From Octopus sinensis (taxonomy: Eukaryota), in assembly GCF_006345805.1 (NCBI RefSeq), contig NC_043001.1, positions 32,364,001 to 32,428,000 on the forward strand: DNA of 64,000 bases, given 5' to 3'. The notes beneath the pieces were generated by a model that did no database searches, had not been told where the DNA came from, and saw only the letters and a program-made list of their open reading frames with translations. The position numbers were made by a program, and so were the translations under genes. Below are positions 1-12,862 of this stretch, piece by piece; the first letter of the stretch is position 1, and every line of letters starts with the position of its first letter.

Positions 1-131
1 CAAGAACTGGAGACTGTTTTACTGAAGAATGGACATAAATTCCTTTGGAAACAATTGAAACTTTGTAGGAGTCGATACCTCGTAGAATTCAAGCTGAAAT
101 TACTGCCAAAGGCGGTACTACTCCATATTAA
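1..131 (+). pseudogene. Tc1-like transposase C-terminal remnant (truncated by window edge)
   Basis: Reads QELETVL, frameshift, then EEWT*IPLETIETL*ESIPRRIQAEITAKGGTTPY*. This matches the typical Tc1/DD34E C-terminus (W..IP...I..L..S+PRR..A+I.AKGG.T.Y); it has stops and a frameshift. Confidence 0.8.
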
Positions 132-199
132 AATATATTTGTTTGAAATTTTAAGGTATTTCTATTATTTTGTCCATTATTTTATATATATACACACAA

Positions 200-330
200 C
201 CTCCCGACGAACGGGAAGTTGCAGGTTTTGTGATATTTTGGCAGCTTTGACACAAAAGGATATTACACTACTCTCGGCATTCGAGCACTATTATTTCCAC
301 CTTGTTTTACATCTATGTGCTTACTCGTGT
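200..330 (+). repeat. Degenerate copy of dispersed repeat family P1 (opposite orientation to 8151 and 59270)
   Basis: TTATTTCCACCTTGTTTTACATCTATGTGCTTACTCG is the reverse complement of the CGGAGTAAACACATAAATGTGAAACAAGGTGGAA start at 8151/59270. CAGGTTTTGTGATATTTTGGCAGCTTT matches the 59341 arm. Confidence 0.55.
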
Positions 331-671
331 ATGTATGCATGTATATATGTAACGTAACGGAATAGGGATTTAAAGCCTGGGTAGTACTTTATGAGCGCTC
401 TCATACAAACCAGATCAAATTATAGGGAACAGTCCGAATCACTTAAGATAAACAATTAAACTGTACTTCACTCAGTAGATTAATCCGGAGTTCACTTCAT
501 TGGATCTCATACAGCATCAGTGTTTATAATTAAGACATCATAATGAATAATGGAAAATTAGACATCTTCAAAAATGATTTATTATTAATTTTTTTCTTCA
601 TATTCCATTCTAACACGTGTTTCTGCTGGATAAGTGTGCTAATTTCGTTTGATATAGCAAGTATGTGCATT

Positions 672-904
672 CAAGACGGCGAGCTGGCAGAAACGTTAGC
701 ACGCCGGGCGAAATGTGTAGCCGTATTTCGTCTGCCGTTACGTTCTGGGTTCAAATTCCGCCGAGGTCGACTTTGCCTTTCATCCTTTCGGGGTCGATAA
801 ATTAAGTACTAGTTACGCACTGGGGTCGATGTGATCGACTTAATCCGTTTGTCTGTCCTTGTTTGTCCCTTCTGTGTTTAGCCCCTTGTGGGTAGTAAAG
901 AAAT
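672..904 (+). mobile_element. tRNA-derived SINE, family A, full length
   Basis: A-box-like GGCGAGCTGGCAGAAACGTTAG and B-box-like GGGTTCAAATTCC. Perfect 20-bp target duplication ATATAGCAAGTATGTGCATT at 652-671 and 905-924. Many copies in the window. Confidence 0.92.
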
Positions 905-2212
905 ATATAGCAAGTATGTGCATTTACTTGATTTATATTAAGCCAATTGCAACACATTCAAATCTAAAGGTTGACAGTCGTATTCAGCTTTATTCGAGGT
1001 GTTACCCATACCAAAGGGTGAAGTAAATATATTAAAACGTGCAAAAATTTTTGGTTACGATTAAAAGAACAGCACCAATACTGGAGGTGAGTGGTTATGT
1101 AAAACGGAGGCAAAATATCTTTAATAAATTGAAATTTTAGTTGCAGTAAAACCAAAAAGTTAATCAAAATTCATTGAAATGAATACAGTAATTGATAGCG
1201 ATTCGCAAAGAAAAGGGAGATAATTTTTTTTTTAATAATTTTTATAGAAATGTTGCTGTTTATATTAAAGGGAAAAAAAATGATCGCCGTTAACACTTAA
1301 TATACTTCGAGCTTATCAGATATCATTTGCGAAACATTGTTTTCTCGAGCTTGGTTTTATCAGAGGACATACATTTTGAGAAGTCGAAAAGAATGTTACG
1401 AAGAATTTTGGCAATTACAACTCGCAATGGCAGCGATTTAGCTGACTTATTGAAGTATTGGCTAAAATGCTTCACGGTATTCAGAATCTCAGTGTTCGGC
1501 GTTCAAATCTCACCGAGTTCAGAGCCGATAAAAATTACTAGTTAAAAATGGTATTTGAACTATAGAAGTATCGCACCCGATACCTTGCAGTATTTAATCC
1601 AGCTCTCTATGTTCTGAATCAAATTCCACTTAGGTTCTTAAAAAAAAACTTCTTTCCCTATTCGCAGCCTTAATATAGCGATTAAAGCATATGTATTCAG
1701 ACAAAGAGTGACACTAAATACTTAATGCTGGGTGAAGTCGCAAGATGGGTTCTTCCAGCTGGAGAGATGTGTGTAGGCAAGTGAATAGGTGAAGGAATAC
1801 CGTATATAATAGCATATAAAACACACGCGCCTTAAAACATATAAAACACACATCTTTAAAAATCATCATAGATCCTTATATGCAAAGTTGGGCTTTCTAT
1901 AAGTTTTAATACATTAAAATCATTTTCCCCCTGAATATGCGCTGCTGAAATTGGGGTGTATCTACTAAACCCATGCGGTTTTTGAGCCATCACATACAGC
2001 AATTTGTATAATTTCAATATGTGAACAAAGGGGAATAACTCAAAGAGCACCAGGCATGAAATTAGATAATTGGGATGGCATGAAATGGAATAATTCAGAT
2101 AAAAATATGATAGAACATGCAGTGGAAATGCCGTAGTATCTGGAAGAAAATACATCTGTCCGATGTGTCATTTACATATTCTTCTTACAGATGTAAACCT
2201 TCAGATTAATCA

Positions 2213-2480
2213 GATTTAGATCAGATAACACGAAGAAGTTACCCCGTGCGATTTTATAAACGTTCGTATAATTTGCAGGTTTTTATATTAAAATTTTTTT
2301 TGGAAGGGCATGGAGGCAAAAGCTCTAATAGTTTTCGCTTCATAGAAATGAAGCGAAAACTATTAGAGCTTTTGCCTTCCATGCCCTTCCAAAAAAAAAT
2401 TTTAATATAAAAACCTGCAAATTATACGAACTGTTATAAAATCGCACGGGGTCACTTCTTCGTGTTATCTGATCTAAATC
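2213..2480. repeat. Near-perfect fold-back palindrome (about 132-bp arms, 4-nt loop)
   Basis: Arm GATTTAGATCAGATAACACG...CGCTTCAT, loop AGAA (2344-2347), then its reverse complement to 2480. About 3 mismatches and 2 single-base indels. Confidence 0.95.
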
Positions 2481-3159
2481 ACCTGAAAATTACAAACTAC
2501 GGCCCAAGAAAAGGAAGGACGTTGGATTATATAACCCTAGATTAACCGCGACTGGTATAAGACGGGGTTTTTGATCAAAGTGTTGTCTGATGAAAGGGGA
2601 CAGAGGGCACACCAACAACAAAAACATCATTTGTTACGACTGTTGTTGTTAAATTTACTAACAATTAATAACTTTAATAAAGTGACATAATTAATGGTTT
2701 CGTGTCCAAGTCACGAGTGAAGCTGTCGAAGAAGCGTTGTCGTCGCCTGTGAATTCTGTGAAGGTGACTTTATGCGGACGTATATGAAGATGACATCCTG
2801 AGTAAATGTACGTTCCTTATATATGTATTTGAATAGTGAAAAAAAAAGGCAAATCTTTATCAGATCGCACTCTATTATCTAAACAGAATGATATTGTCCT
2901 AGAAATTTCTGGAATCTTCCGAATAACTTTGATTAGGAGTTTCTTTCTTTGGAACTAACATCAATATTAACACTAACAGCAACAACAACAATACAAACAT
3001 CAAACAATTAAAACAACAAACAATTTTAATTATCCTATTCTCGTCTGAGAATGAATGCGTGCGTGGGTGTTAATATATGTACAAGTATGTACGTACGACT
3101 ACGTAAGAATACGTGTAAGCTTTGATGCACTGGTATGCGTGTGCGAATATCTGTCTGAC

Positions 3160-3468
3160 TATGCGCACGTCTGTGTGTGTGTACGTGTGTGTGTGTCTGT
3201 GTCTGTGTGTGTCTGTGTGTGTGTGTGGTGTGTGTGTGTGTGAAATATAACGTTTTTTGGACGAGATGAATTTTAAATATTGGATGAAATATATTTTTTA
3301 GTTAAGTTTCTCGGGAAAAACAGAAATCTCCAACTTGACCACTGTATTTGGGAATGTCCCTAAAACCACTGCATCCGTTATTTGGTGTATCTCCTATTAC
3401 AGGTCACACACGCACACATACACACACAGACAGACACACACACACAGGTACGCACACACACAGGTACA

Positions 3469-3508
<40 letters not shown>

Positions 3509-3637
3509 CACGGCGATAAATACGCAAGCACAGACACAGATACAGCTTCATTGCGACTGTTTGCCGCCTTTACTCACTCGCTTTTGCTCTCACTTCTCTC
3601 TCACTGTCTCTCAGCACATATATATTTTTGTATGTGT

Positions 3638-3697
<60 letters not shown>

Positions 3698-3738
3698 CAC
3701 ATACATACATATATGTGTGTGGTGTAATTATATATATG

Positions 3739-3782
<44 letters not shown>

Positions 3783-4030
3783 CATGTGTGTGTGTGTGTG
3801 TTGTGTGTGTGTGTGGTATGTGTTGTGTGTGTTGTGTGTGTGTCTGCATGTATTTGTATGTGTGTATATGTTTATGTATGACGATCTTAGGCTGTTTTGA
3901 CAGGAAAATAAGTTACGCAATGCAAGTAAAACATTTCATTAATAAACACGAACATCTTGTCACCTTTATCTTCTGAACAACCCCACCAAAAGAAGAATGA
4001 AACTTAGAGCGTGCGAGGGAGAGAGAGAGA

Positions 4031-4079
<49 letters not shown>

Positions 4080-4504
4080 GAAAGAGAGAAAGAGAGAGAG
4101 AAATGAGGGAGAGACGCAGTCTAAGAGAAAGGCAGAAACAGAAATAGAGAAATAGATAGAAGTGATACAGGTGGACGATGAAGCCAAGCTCTACTGATGC
4201 TCTGGATTGCCATTTAAGTAAAGTAAACGGGTGGAGGGTTAGAGAGAAAAGTAAAGAGAAATAAAAAAAAAAATGTAGAGATGACAAGAACCTTGCAGCC
4301 CGAGTCTGAGTATGGAAGCACAAAAGTGCCATAGGTAGAATACGAACTAGCAATTTATTCCTTGTCTGATTCCCCATCAGTGTACCATACATCCATGTTT
4401 TCTCTCTCCCCCACCCCATCTTCTCCATCCGTCACACGCTCTACCTCCCTCACGTGTCTGTGCGTAGACACACATCACACAACACAAAACACAAGCTCAC
4501 ATAC

Positions 4505-4547
<43 letters not shown>

Positions 4548-4889
4548 GTGTTTTGGCGTCTGTGCTTGTGTGTGTATGTATGTGCGTGCATGCGTTTGCG
4601 CGCGTGCGCGGTTTGTGTGTATGTGTGTGTGTGTGTGAATGTGTTTATGTGTGTGAATGTGTATGTGTATATATATATATATCTTGAGATACACAAAAAT
4701 ATATGCGTATGGTTGTGCGTACCTGCATCAACATATAAATACATGTATTTACGTGTGTGTGTGTGTGTACATGTGTGTGTGTGTGTGTGTGCATATATAT
4801 ATATATATTTACATTTATGTGTATGCATATATATGTATATATATGTATGTATGTATATGAATATATATGTACATATATATGTGTATATA

Positions 4890-4939
<50 letters not shown>

Positions 4940-4940
4940 G

Positions 4941-4989
<49 letters not shown>

Positions 4990-5148
4990 ATATATAAATG
5001 TTATAATATATATAAGTAAAATAGATATATGTATAAATATATAATTTAATAATTCAATATAATATGATATATATATATATATATATATATAAATATAATT
5101 GAGTGCATATATTTGTGTGTGTGTGTTGTGTGTGTGTGTGTGTGGTCT

Positions 5149-5181
<33 letters not shown>

Positions 5182-5184
5182 GTG

Positions 5185-5227
<43 letters not shown>

Positions 5228-5571
5228 TGTGTGTGTACAGTAATGAGCTTAGCTATCTATCTTCACCTTTATCGGACAATAGATTCTTGCATTCCTCTCA
5301 AATTATATAAGAAAGATCTAGTGCAGATTGTCCCACAACCGCGCGCGCAAATCACACACTCGTACACACAGACACACAGTCACACTGTCAGTTTACTGCA
5401 CAGACATGCACACAAACACACACACGCAGAATCGTTCACTTTCACTTTCACTCAGAGACAACGGCAGAAAGTCACGCGCTTGAAAAATACCAATATAGAT
5501 CTATTCGCCGGCACAAATGTAAGTCTGCATATGTCGGCACACACACACACACGCGCACGCACGAACACACA

Positions 5572-5620
<49 letters not shown>

Positions 5621-5720
5621 ACGCACTCACGCACACACACACACTCACATTGACACACATAGAACTCAAACACGCACGGACACAAATACATACATACATA
5701 CATACATATAAATATACAAT
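3160..5720. repeat. Compound microsatellite block (GT/CA, TA, GA)
   Basis: Direct reading: alternating (TG)n, (CA)n, (TA)n and (GA)n tracts with short unique spacers. Confidence 0.95.
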
Positions 5721-5744
5721 TAAAAAGTATATAAATAGCAAAAA

Positions 5745-5861
5745 TTATTATTATTATTATCATCATTATTTTTTTATTCTTCTTCTTATCATCATCATCA
5801 TCATCATTATTAAAATCTTCTTCATTACTATTATTATTATTATTAATCATCATCATCATCT

Positions 5862-5918
<57 letters not shown>

Positions 5919-6048
5919 ATCATCATCATCTCATTATCATTATTTTTGATTATTATTATTATCTTTATTACTATTATTATTATTATTATCATCATCATCT
6001 TTATTATTAATATTATTATTATTATTATTATCATTATTATTATTATTA

Positions 6049-6088
<40 letters not shown>

Positions 6089-6098
6089 TATCATCATC

Positions 6099-6168
<70 letters not shown>

Positions 6169-6207
6169 CATTATTATTATTATTATTAATATTATCATTA
6201 TTATTAA
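5745..6207. repeat. (TTA)n/(TCA)n trinucleotide microsatellite
   Basis: Direct reading. Confidence 0.95.
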
Positions 6208-6418
6208 GGTGGTGAGCGGGCAGAATCGTTAGCACGCTGAACGAAATGCTTACCAGTATGTCACCCGTTGCTACGTCCTGAGTTCAAATTCCGCCTAGGT
6301 CCAGTTTGTTTGTCATCGTTTCGGGGCCGATAAATTAAGTACCAGTTATGCATTGGGGTTGATGTAATCGACACATCCCCTCCCTCAAAACTGCTACCCC
6401 TGGGGAAAATTTTGAAAC
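6206..6418 (+). mobile_element. SINE family A, diverged, alternative 3' tail
   Basis: AAGGTGGTGAGCGGGCAGAATCGTTAGC head and GATAAATTAAGTACCAG core. The tail differs from the 672 copy. Confidence 0.8.
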
Positions 6419-6446
6419 TATCATTATTGTTGTTATTATTATTATT

Positions 6447-6788
6447 GAGTGAGAGAGCAGTGCATGCCATCAAAATGACACTGGGGTAAAATATACGAAG
6501 CCCAGTATACCCATCATGACTACCCGTCTGATAGGGGTGCACCAGGCACATGCATCACAGCCATATGTGCGCGACATGGGGATCTCATATTAAGATAAAC
6601 AGCGCATGACCTTGCAAGTAGGGCTCAGTTAGAATTTTCTTCTAGTCGAGTAGCCTATCCCGCTCAAAAGGTCCCTAAATAAGGATTGTTTAAGGATGTT
6701 GAATGAAACACCCATGTTTCCAGAAGTGAATTATTCAAACCCCAAAGAATCCCTCTCAACACATGGCTATGATGCTCCCCCACTACTT
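6447..6788 (-). repeat. Probable non-autonomous retroposon-like interspersed repeat between (TTA)n tracts
   Basis: About 340 bp of complex sequence sharply bounded by TTA microsatellite on both sides. Recognised as a repeat from memory only; no second copy in the window. Confidence 0.4.
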
Positions 6789-6789
6789 C

Positions 6790-6838
<49 letters not shown>

Positions 6839-6840
<2 letters not shown>

Positions 6841-7030
6841 GGCAGCTAGCTGGCAGAATCGTTAGCATACTGGACGAAATGTTTTGCGGGATTTCGTCCG
6901 TCGCTACGTTATCAGTTCAAATTACGCCGAGGTCGATAAATTAAGTACCAGTGAAACACTGGAGTCGATATAATCGATTAGACTACACCCTCCAAATTCC
7001 AGGCCGTATGTCTATACTAGAAAAGATCAT
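6839..7030 (+). mobile_element. SINE family A, internally deleted, alternative 3' tail
   Basis: GGCAGCTAGCTGGCAGAATCGTTAGC head, then CCGAGGTCGATAAATTAAGTACCAG (middle deleted). Confidence 0.8.
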
Positions 7031-7038
7031 TTTTATTG

Positions 7039-7200
7039 AAGGCGGCGAGCTGGCAGAATCGTTACAGCATCGGACCAAAATGCTTAGCGGTTTCCCTTCT
7101 GGATCTTTACTTTCTGATTTCGATTATTGTTCTGGCTGACTTCTTTCATTCTTTATGAGTCGATTAAATAGGAACACAGAGATCGATGTAAGAGACTACT
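7039..7200 (+). mobile_element. SINE family A, degraded
   Basis: AAGGCGGCGAGCTGGCAGAATCGTTA head; the body is strongly diverged. Confidence 0.65.
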
Positions 7201-7500
7201 CGCCCTATTCTAAAACATTTCAGTCATTGTGCCAATAGCTTAAAGGATTACTACTATCAACATCATCATCATCATCATTTTCATCACCAACATCTCTGCC
7301 ATCAACATCATATATATATATTTGAGTAGTTGAATGAATTATCTTATTATGGATAATTCGGTTAACCGATACCTGGGTAGCAAATTCACGTTAGAAAAAC
7401 ACGGTTGAAGCTACATGCCAAGGGTAGAGATCACGTGCTTTCGTGTGGAAATTTGTGTGTTTTTTTAAATACAAATAAATACATCTTGATGCTGACATAA

Positions 7501-7601
7501 GTTCCTTGTTTTTCCTGATGAGAAGGCGGCATAATGCACCCCTTATTCCTTCGAAATTAGGAATATGCAGCCTTCGAAACATATGTCGAGAATAAAGGAA
7601 T
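7501..7601 (+). ncRNA. Type-I hammerhead ribozyme, canonical core, palindromic stem III
   Basis: Core CTGATGA 7515-7521. Stem II GAAGGC/GCCTTC plus GCATA/TATGC. GAA 7576-7578. Stem III ACATATGT 7579-7586 (perfect palindrome), GUC cleavage triplet with C17 at 7587. Stem I TTTTC/GAGAA plus GTTCCTT/AAGGAAT around a 2x2 internal loop. Confidence 0.88.
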
Positions 7602-7641
7602 TTTGTTAATTCGTCGTTCAACTCCATTCTTTTCACTTATT

Positions 7642-7678
<37 letters not shown>

Positions 7679-7835
7679 GGGTTTAGTGCACAGGTGACCT
7701 AATCGGATAGTGATGCTGGGTAAGTGCTGAAACGAATTACCAGGGTTCCAAGCTCGTGACCGCGACAAGAGTTATGGAACCATGGAACTAGGAACTATTG
7801 TAGAATTCCGATAGAGCAGATAGAAATTTGTTGGG

Positions 7836-8006
7836 AAGGAAAACAAACACCAAGGCAAGACATCTCAAATCATGTATGTTATTATTATTAAAAATTATTA
7901 GGCAATTTTTAGGTAGTTTTTTTAAGGAAATTTTTAATTGCCTAATAATTTTTAATAATTATAACATATATGACATGAATGTTTGCCTTGATGTTTGTTT
8001 TCCTTT
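7836..8006. mobile_element. Small fold-back MITE, possibly TTAA-target (Kolobok-like)
   Basis: Imperfect inverted arms AAGGAAAACAAACACCAAGGCAAGACAT...ATGTTTGCCTTGATGTTTGTTTTCCTT. TTAA on the right flank only. Ends resemble the 62056 element. Confidence 0.55.
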
Positions 8007-8150
8007 TTAACAAATTTATATATATATGTATATATATATATATATATATAATATATATATTATATATAAATTCAAAGGTACAAAAAAAAAGCAGACAAGT
8101 GAAAACGGAAACTGAAAGAAGCTTGTCGTGAGTATATATATATATACTCA

Positions 8151-8236
8151 CGGAGTAAACACATAAATGTGAAACAAGGTGGAAAAAAGAGTACTCAAAT
8201 ATCAGTGGTAGGGTAGAGTAATATGCTTTAAATAAA
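8151..8236 (+). repeat. Dispersed repeat family P1 fragment
   Basis: Nearly identical to 59270-59350. Confidence 0.7.
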
Positions 8237-8284
8237 GTATATATATATATATATATTATAATATATATATATATATATTTGTAT

Positions 8285-8470
8285 ATCTGTGGGTGAGTGT
8301 TTTGTGTCTGTGTTTGTCACCCACCACCGCTTGACAAACGGTGTTGGTGTGTTTACGTCCTTGTAAATTACTTATTGTATCCCCGTAAAGAGACTGATAC
8401 AATAAGTAATAGGCCTAAAAAAATTAATCCTGGCGTCAATTTATTCGACTAAAATCCTTATCAGGCGGTA
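8285..8470 (+). mobile_element. SINE family B, 3' half, diverged
   Basis: GCTTGACAAACGGTGTTGGTGTGTTTACGTCC...GACTAAAATCCTTATCAGGCGGT aligns to the 3' half of 46645/61339. Confidence 0.7.
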
Positions 8471-8482
8471 CAATATATATAT

Positions 8483-9413
8483 ATAGTGGTTCATCCTATA
8501 AATAATGCTTTGCTTTCAATTGCGTGAAATAAAAGTCAGAGTGGGACGGCATAGACTGCTTGCTTCAACTTGCTATAAAAGCAGGAAGTAATTTTCCCTT
8601 ATCCTGATTCTTAGTGCAATTCTGAAGAGTGCATTTCGATTTTAACAGTTATTATTTTCAAAGCTATAATAGAAGTAACAAAGGAGCATATTTGGCATAT
8701 TTTGCTTTATGAGTTCAATAAAGGCAACAACGCAACGGAAAGTGCGAGGAATATTTAAATGCAGTCTACGGAAATCGGACAATAAGCGTGATCCAACTAC
8801 AGCCTAGAAGACAAGCCTCGCCCTGGAAGATCTGTAGAACTCTACGAGGACGTCCTCCAAATCCGGGTGGAACAAAATTATCATCGTAACTTAGGAGGAA
8901 TTAGCAGATTACTTGGATTTGATCATTCAATCATTCATCTACAACTGCGGGCCATCGGAAGAGTCAGCAAATTGGATCAATGGGTTCCTCACAAAATTTC
9001 CGAGTCTCTATGCTCGGCCACACACAGCGAGGATGATATTCCAAAGGCTGGAGCAATTGGAATGGGAAATGATGCCTCATCCATTGTATTTGACGGACAT
9101 TGCCCCATCTAATTATCGTTTATTCCGCAGTCTTCAAAATCATTTGGACGTGGGAAAAAATGAATTGTGTAGACAAGGTCGGAACAGTACTGGAGAAGTA
9201 TTTTTCGGCACGGACAAGTGAATTTTGGAAGAGGAGCATTGCAAATCTACCAGATAGATGGAAGAGCATTGTAGAAAATGAAGGAGAGTATATTTTAGAT
9301 GAAAAAAACATTGTAGAAAATGAAGGAGAGTATACTTTAGATGGAAAAAGAATTTATCTCAATTTTGAAAAATAAAAGTATAAAAACACCGCATTATTTA
9401 TGTGATGATCTAA
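8483..9413 (+). mobile_element. Internally deleted mariner element (transposase pseudogene)
   Basis: KLDQWVPHKISES matches WVPHEL. ARPHTA...HPLYLTDIAPSNYRLFRSLQNHL matches YSPDLAPSDY. W-x-x-x-V-x-N-x-G-x-Y C-terminus, duplicated in tandem at about 9267-9350. Degenerate TIRs share ATAAATAATGC. The segment between WVPH and ARPH is deleted. Confidence 0.9.
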
Positions 9414-9453
9414 TATATATCTATATCTATCTATCTATCTATCTATCTATATA

Positions 9454-9501
<48 letters not shown>

Positions 9502-10200
9502 TATATTATATGTATATATATATATGTATATGTATATATCTTTGTATTTTTGTATTTATATGTATATATAACTATATGATTAGCATAAAACGTTTAGTTT
9601 GCTTTGAGTCATACAAGCATAGTAGATTTAATTGCCGCTATAATGAGATTGATATTTATTGTATCATGTTTCGAACTCAAGTGCGAAAATAAGTTCTCTG
9701 AAGCATTTCATCTGACACTATGCTATTTGCATCAGATAAAAGATTATATATATGTATGTGTGTGCGTATATATAATAATAATTTATTATGTTATCATTTA
9801 TCAATATATAATATATTATTATAACATAATATATTTATTAAGCTTTTACGTGTTTGTGCGTGTTTCGGAGTGTGTGCATGCATGTGTGTATGCGTGTAGA
9901 GAACGCGGGTGACCGATGTGTCATATAAACGCTAGATCTTCATATTTTTGCTCATGATGTGAGTCCATTAAATAAAGTACTTGATTTCTACTTATTATAT
10001 CGGCAGTAAGAATAATGAAATTTAAAGTCGACATCAGCAGTATTTGAACTCAAAATGTAAGCTTTCCTGGCGAACTACCTTAACACTTCCCTACATATCT
10101 ATAGATGCACACATAATTACAGATATGCAAGGATGGATTGTTGCTGATTGAATCAACTTTAGAACGTGTACATTGGAAAAGCTTCAAGGAATAACATGTA

Positions 10201-10412
10201 ATTTTTACTTGATTCCCTCATGTGACTGCGGCCATGCTGGGGCACCACCTTAAAGAATTTTTAGAAGAATGAATCGACACCAGTGCTTATTACGTAGTCT
10301 ACATTTTTAAAGGTCGGTACTTATTCCATCGGTCTCTTTTTTCGAATTGCCAATTTACGGGGACGTAAGCAGAACAGCACCGGTTGTTGTTAAGCATTGG
10401 TAGGGGACAAAC
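10201..10412 (-). mobile_element. SINE family B, 3' half
   Basis: GACTGCGGCCATGCTGGGGCACCACC and ATCGGTCTCTTTTT are the reverse complement of the family B tail. Confidence 0.7.
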
Positions 10413-10567
10413 AAGGATGCAAAGATATACGTACATACATTCTTTCACTCTTATTCCTTTACTTATTTTAGTCAACTAACAGCGGCCATGCTGGTGCACT
10501 GCCTTGAAGTTTATTAAGTGGCAACAAACACAAAATACAAGGACACACAAATATACATACATTATAT

Positions 10568-10598
<31 letters not shown>

Positions 10599-10651
10599 CA
10601 TATATACATACATACATATATATATACATATATTATACATACATACATACT

Positions 10652-10715
<64 letters not shown>

Positions 10716-11247
10716 CGACGGGTTTTGATACGCTTCTTTCCTTCGTATAACCTTTCCATAATAGTAAGGCTTATTTATTTGCACTCTGCAATAATATGAA
10801 AAATGGAGTCACGTGAAATTTCTCTATTGAGTAAGGCAATTTTGTCGAAGACCAGCAATCACCCAGGCACACCATTCTCCTCTTTGCATACCACCGATGT
10901 TGTCCAAGAGGAAGGCAAAGTCCGATACAGCTTGGCACTAGTGAACTGGAACAAACTGAAATAAAGTGTCTCCCTCACAGCGCCGAACTCACAGCCTCAC
11001 GATTATAAGCCCACGCTCTAGCCTCTTCAAACTCATACACACACGCGCGCACATACACACACATACTATCTCTTTTCTCTCTCTCTTTCTCTCTGTTTAT
11101 ATATATATATATATATATATATCGATAGAGGAGAAAGAGGGAGAGGATCTCTCGCCTTGTCCCAGTCTGTGTTTGTTCCCCCCCTCTCACTCTCTCTTAT
11201 ATATTATGTTATTTATAGTAATTATATTATTATTATATTATATTATA

Positions 11248-11290
<43 letters not shown>

Positions 11291-12287
11291 TAGTTTATTT
11301 TATTTTTATAGCGTGCTTTCACTTCACTACCGAGCGCAGCTCTGTGTGCCTTGGGTATGTGCTGTGATTTGTTGTGATGCTCTGATGGTTATTGTATGGA
11401 AAGTGTTCTGCGTAGGAGTGTGCAGTGCCTAGTAGTGCAATTTTCTGTATGTTATATGTGTGTAAGTCCTGGTGTTTTTGTTATGTATTGTCTGAATATT
11501 TTTTTATCATGCCTAATCACCTACTATGATAGGAATTGTTTCTGTTTTCAGATTCCACATTCTAGTTACCTCTATTCCAGGCTTTGTATTTTGAGAGTGT
11601 CTCCATTTCTTTTAGAGACACGTTGTCATCAGCCGGTATTGATACATCAATTTTATTATTATTATTATTATTATTATTATCATTTTATACACTGAATGCG
11701 GTTAATAAAATGTTATTTGCTGAAATGAAGCTCATATTCGAAGAAAGAAAATTTTAAGCCTAGCGGCAATTTTTATCAACTAGCACAGAAAAGGGGAGCT
11801 AATTTGAAGAAATTAAGAATTACTCTCTCAAAGCTAAATTGAAAGTTCAGAGAAAGTCTGAGCTTACTTTGCAGCTCAGCGTATTAGATACTGTTTAAGT
11901 TGACAATAAGTTTTACCTATTTAAAAACAATGAATATAATCACACACATAGACATATGCACTCACACTTATATATCTATAGCATGGATACATATATATAT
12001 AGATATATATATATATATATAATATATATATTATATATATATATATATATTTGTATATATACATACATATATATATATTATATATATTATATATATAATA
12101 TATACATACTATATATATGTGTATATATACAATATATATATGTATGTATATATACATATAGGTATATATACAGTCCTGGGGTCGATGTTGTTTTTTTAAA
12201 GACGGTGCTCAGCATAACCGACCGCAGTCAAATGACTGAAACAAGTAAAAGAATAAAATAATTATTATATCTATATATATATATAAT

Positions 12288-12331
<44 letters not shown>

Positions 12332-12862
12332 CATCAAGTGCTTCATTCTAGCTTACAAATATATATTGAAGCGGTTCGTTTCATACTACAATCTCACCCT
12401 CTCTATAATTTTCTTGCTTTTCTACCGCTTTTCGTCTGTAGCCATGTTTGATTCAATCATATGATGCCAAAACTTATAAACACTAATCTACTCAAAATAG
12501 CGGCTTCTTGACTTACTTCCTGCTCATAAATAGAGTAAACGAATAGACCTACATTCAGAAGACACTCTATCCGTGACCATCTTATCATCTTGTATGCTAA
12601 TATAGGGCGATGTTATATATAGACAGTATGGTCTCATGGAAATTTGGCTGCGATTTTTATGAAGTCAAAATAACTTGCAGACGACGTCTCTTTGACTCGT
12701 TGGAGACAAGTAGTGTGGAACATAAAAGTGATGTCGTCTCTGAGGGGATTCAACTCGATACGTAATGACTACAGACAACGAAGTCCAGAAAGTTTATTGA
12801 ACAACCAAAATGGTGCCCTTGTTGATTTGAGTGTGTTCTCTGAAGTCCTGAGCACTTCATTT

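Noticed and set aside
672-760. tRNA gene calls at SINE heads (families A-D)
   Set aside because: The A/B-box-like heads continue into repeat bodies with TSDs, and no complete cloverleaf is evident.
11552-11636. Candidate exon after TTTCTGTTTTCAG
   Set aside because: The donor is weak, the peptide is unrecognisable and the frame runs into a TAT repeat.
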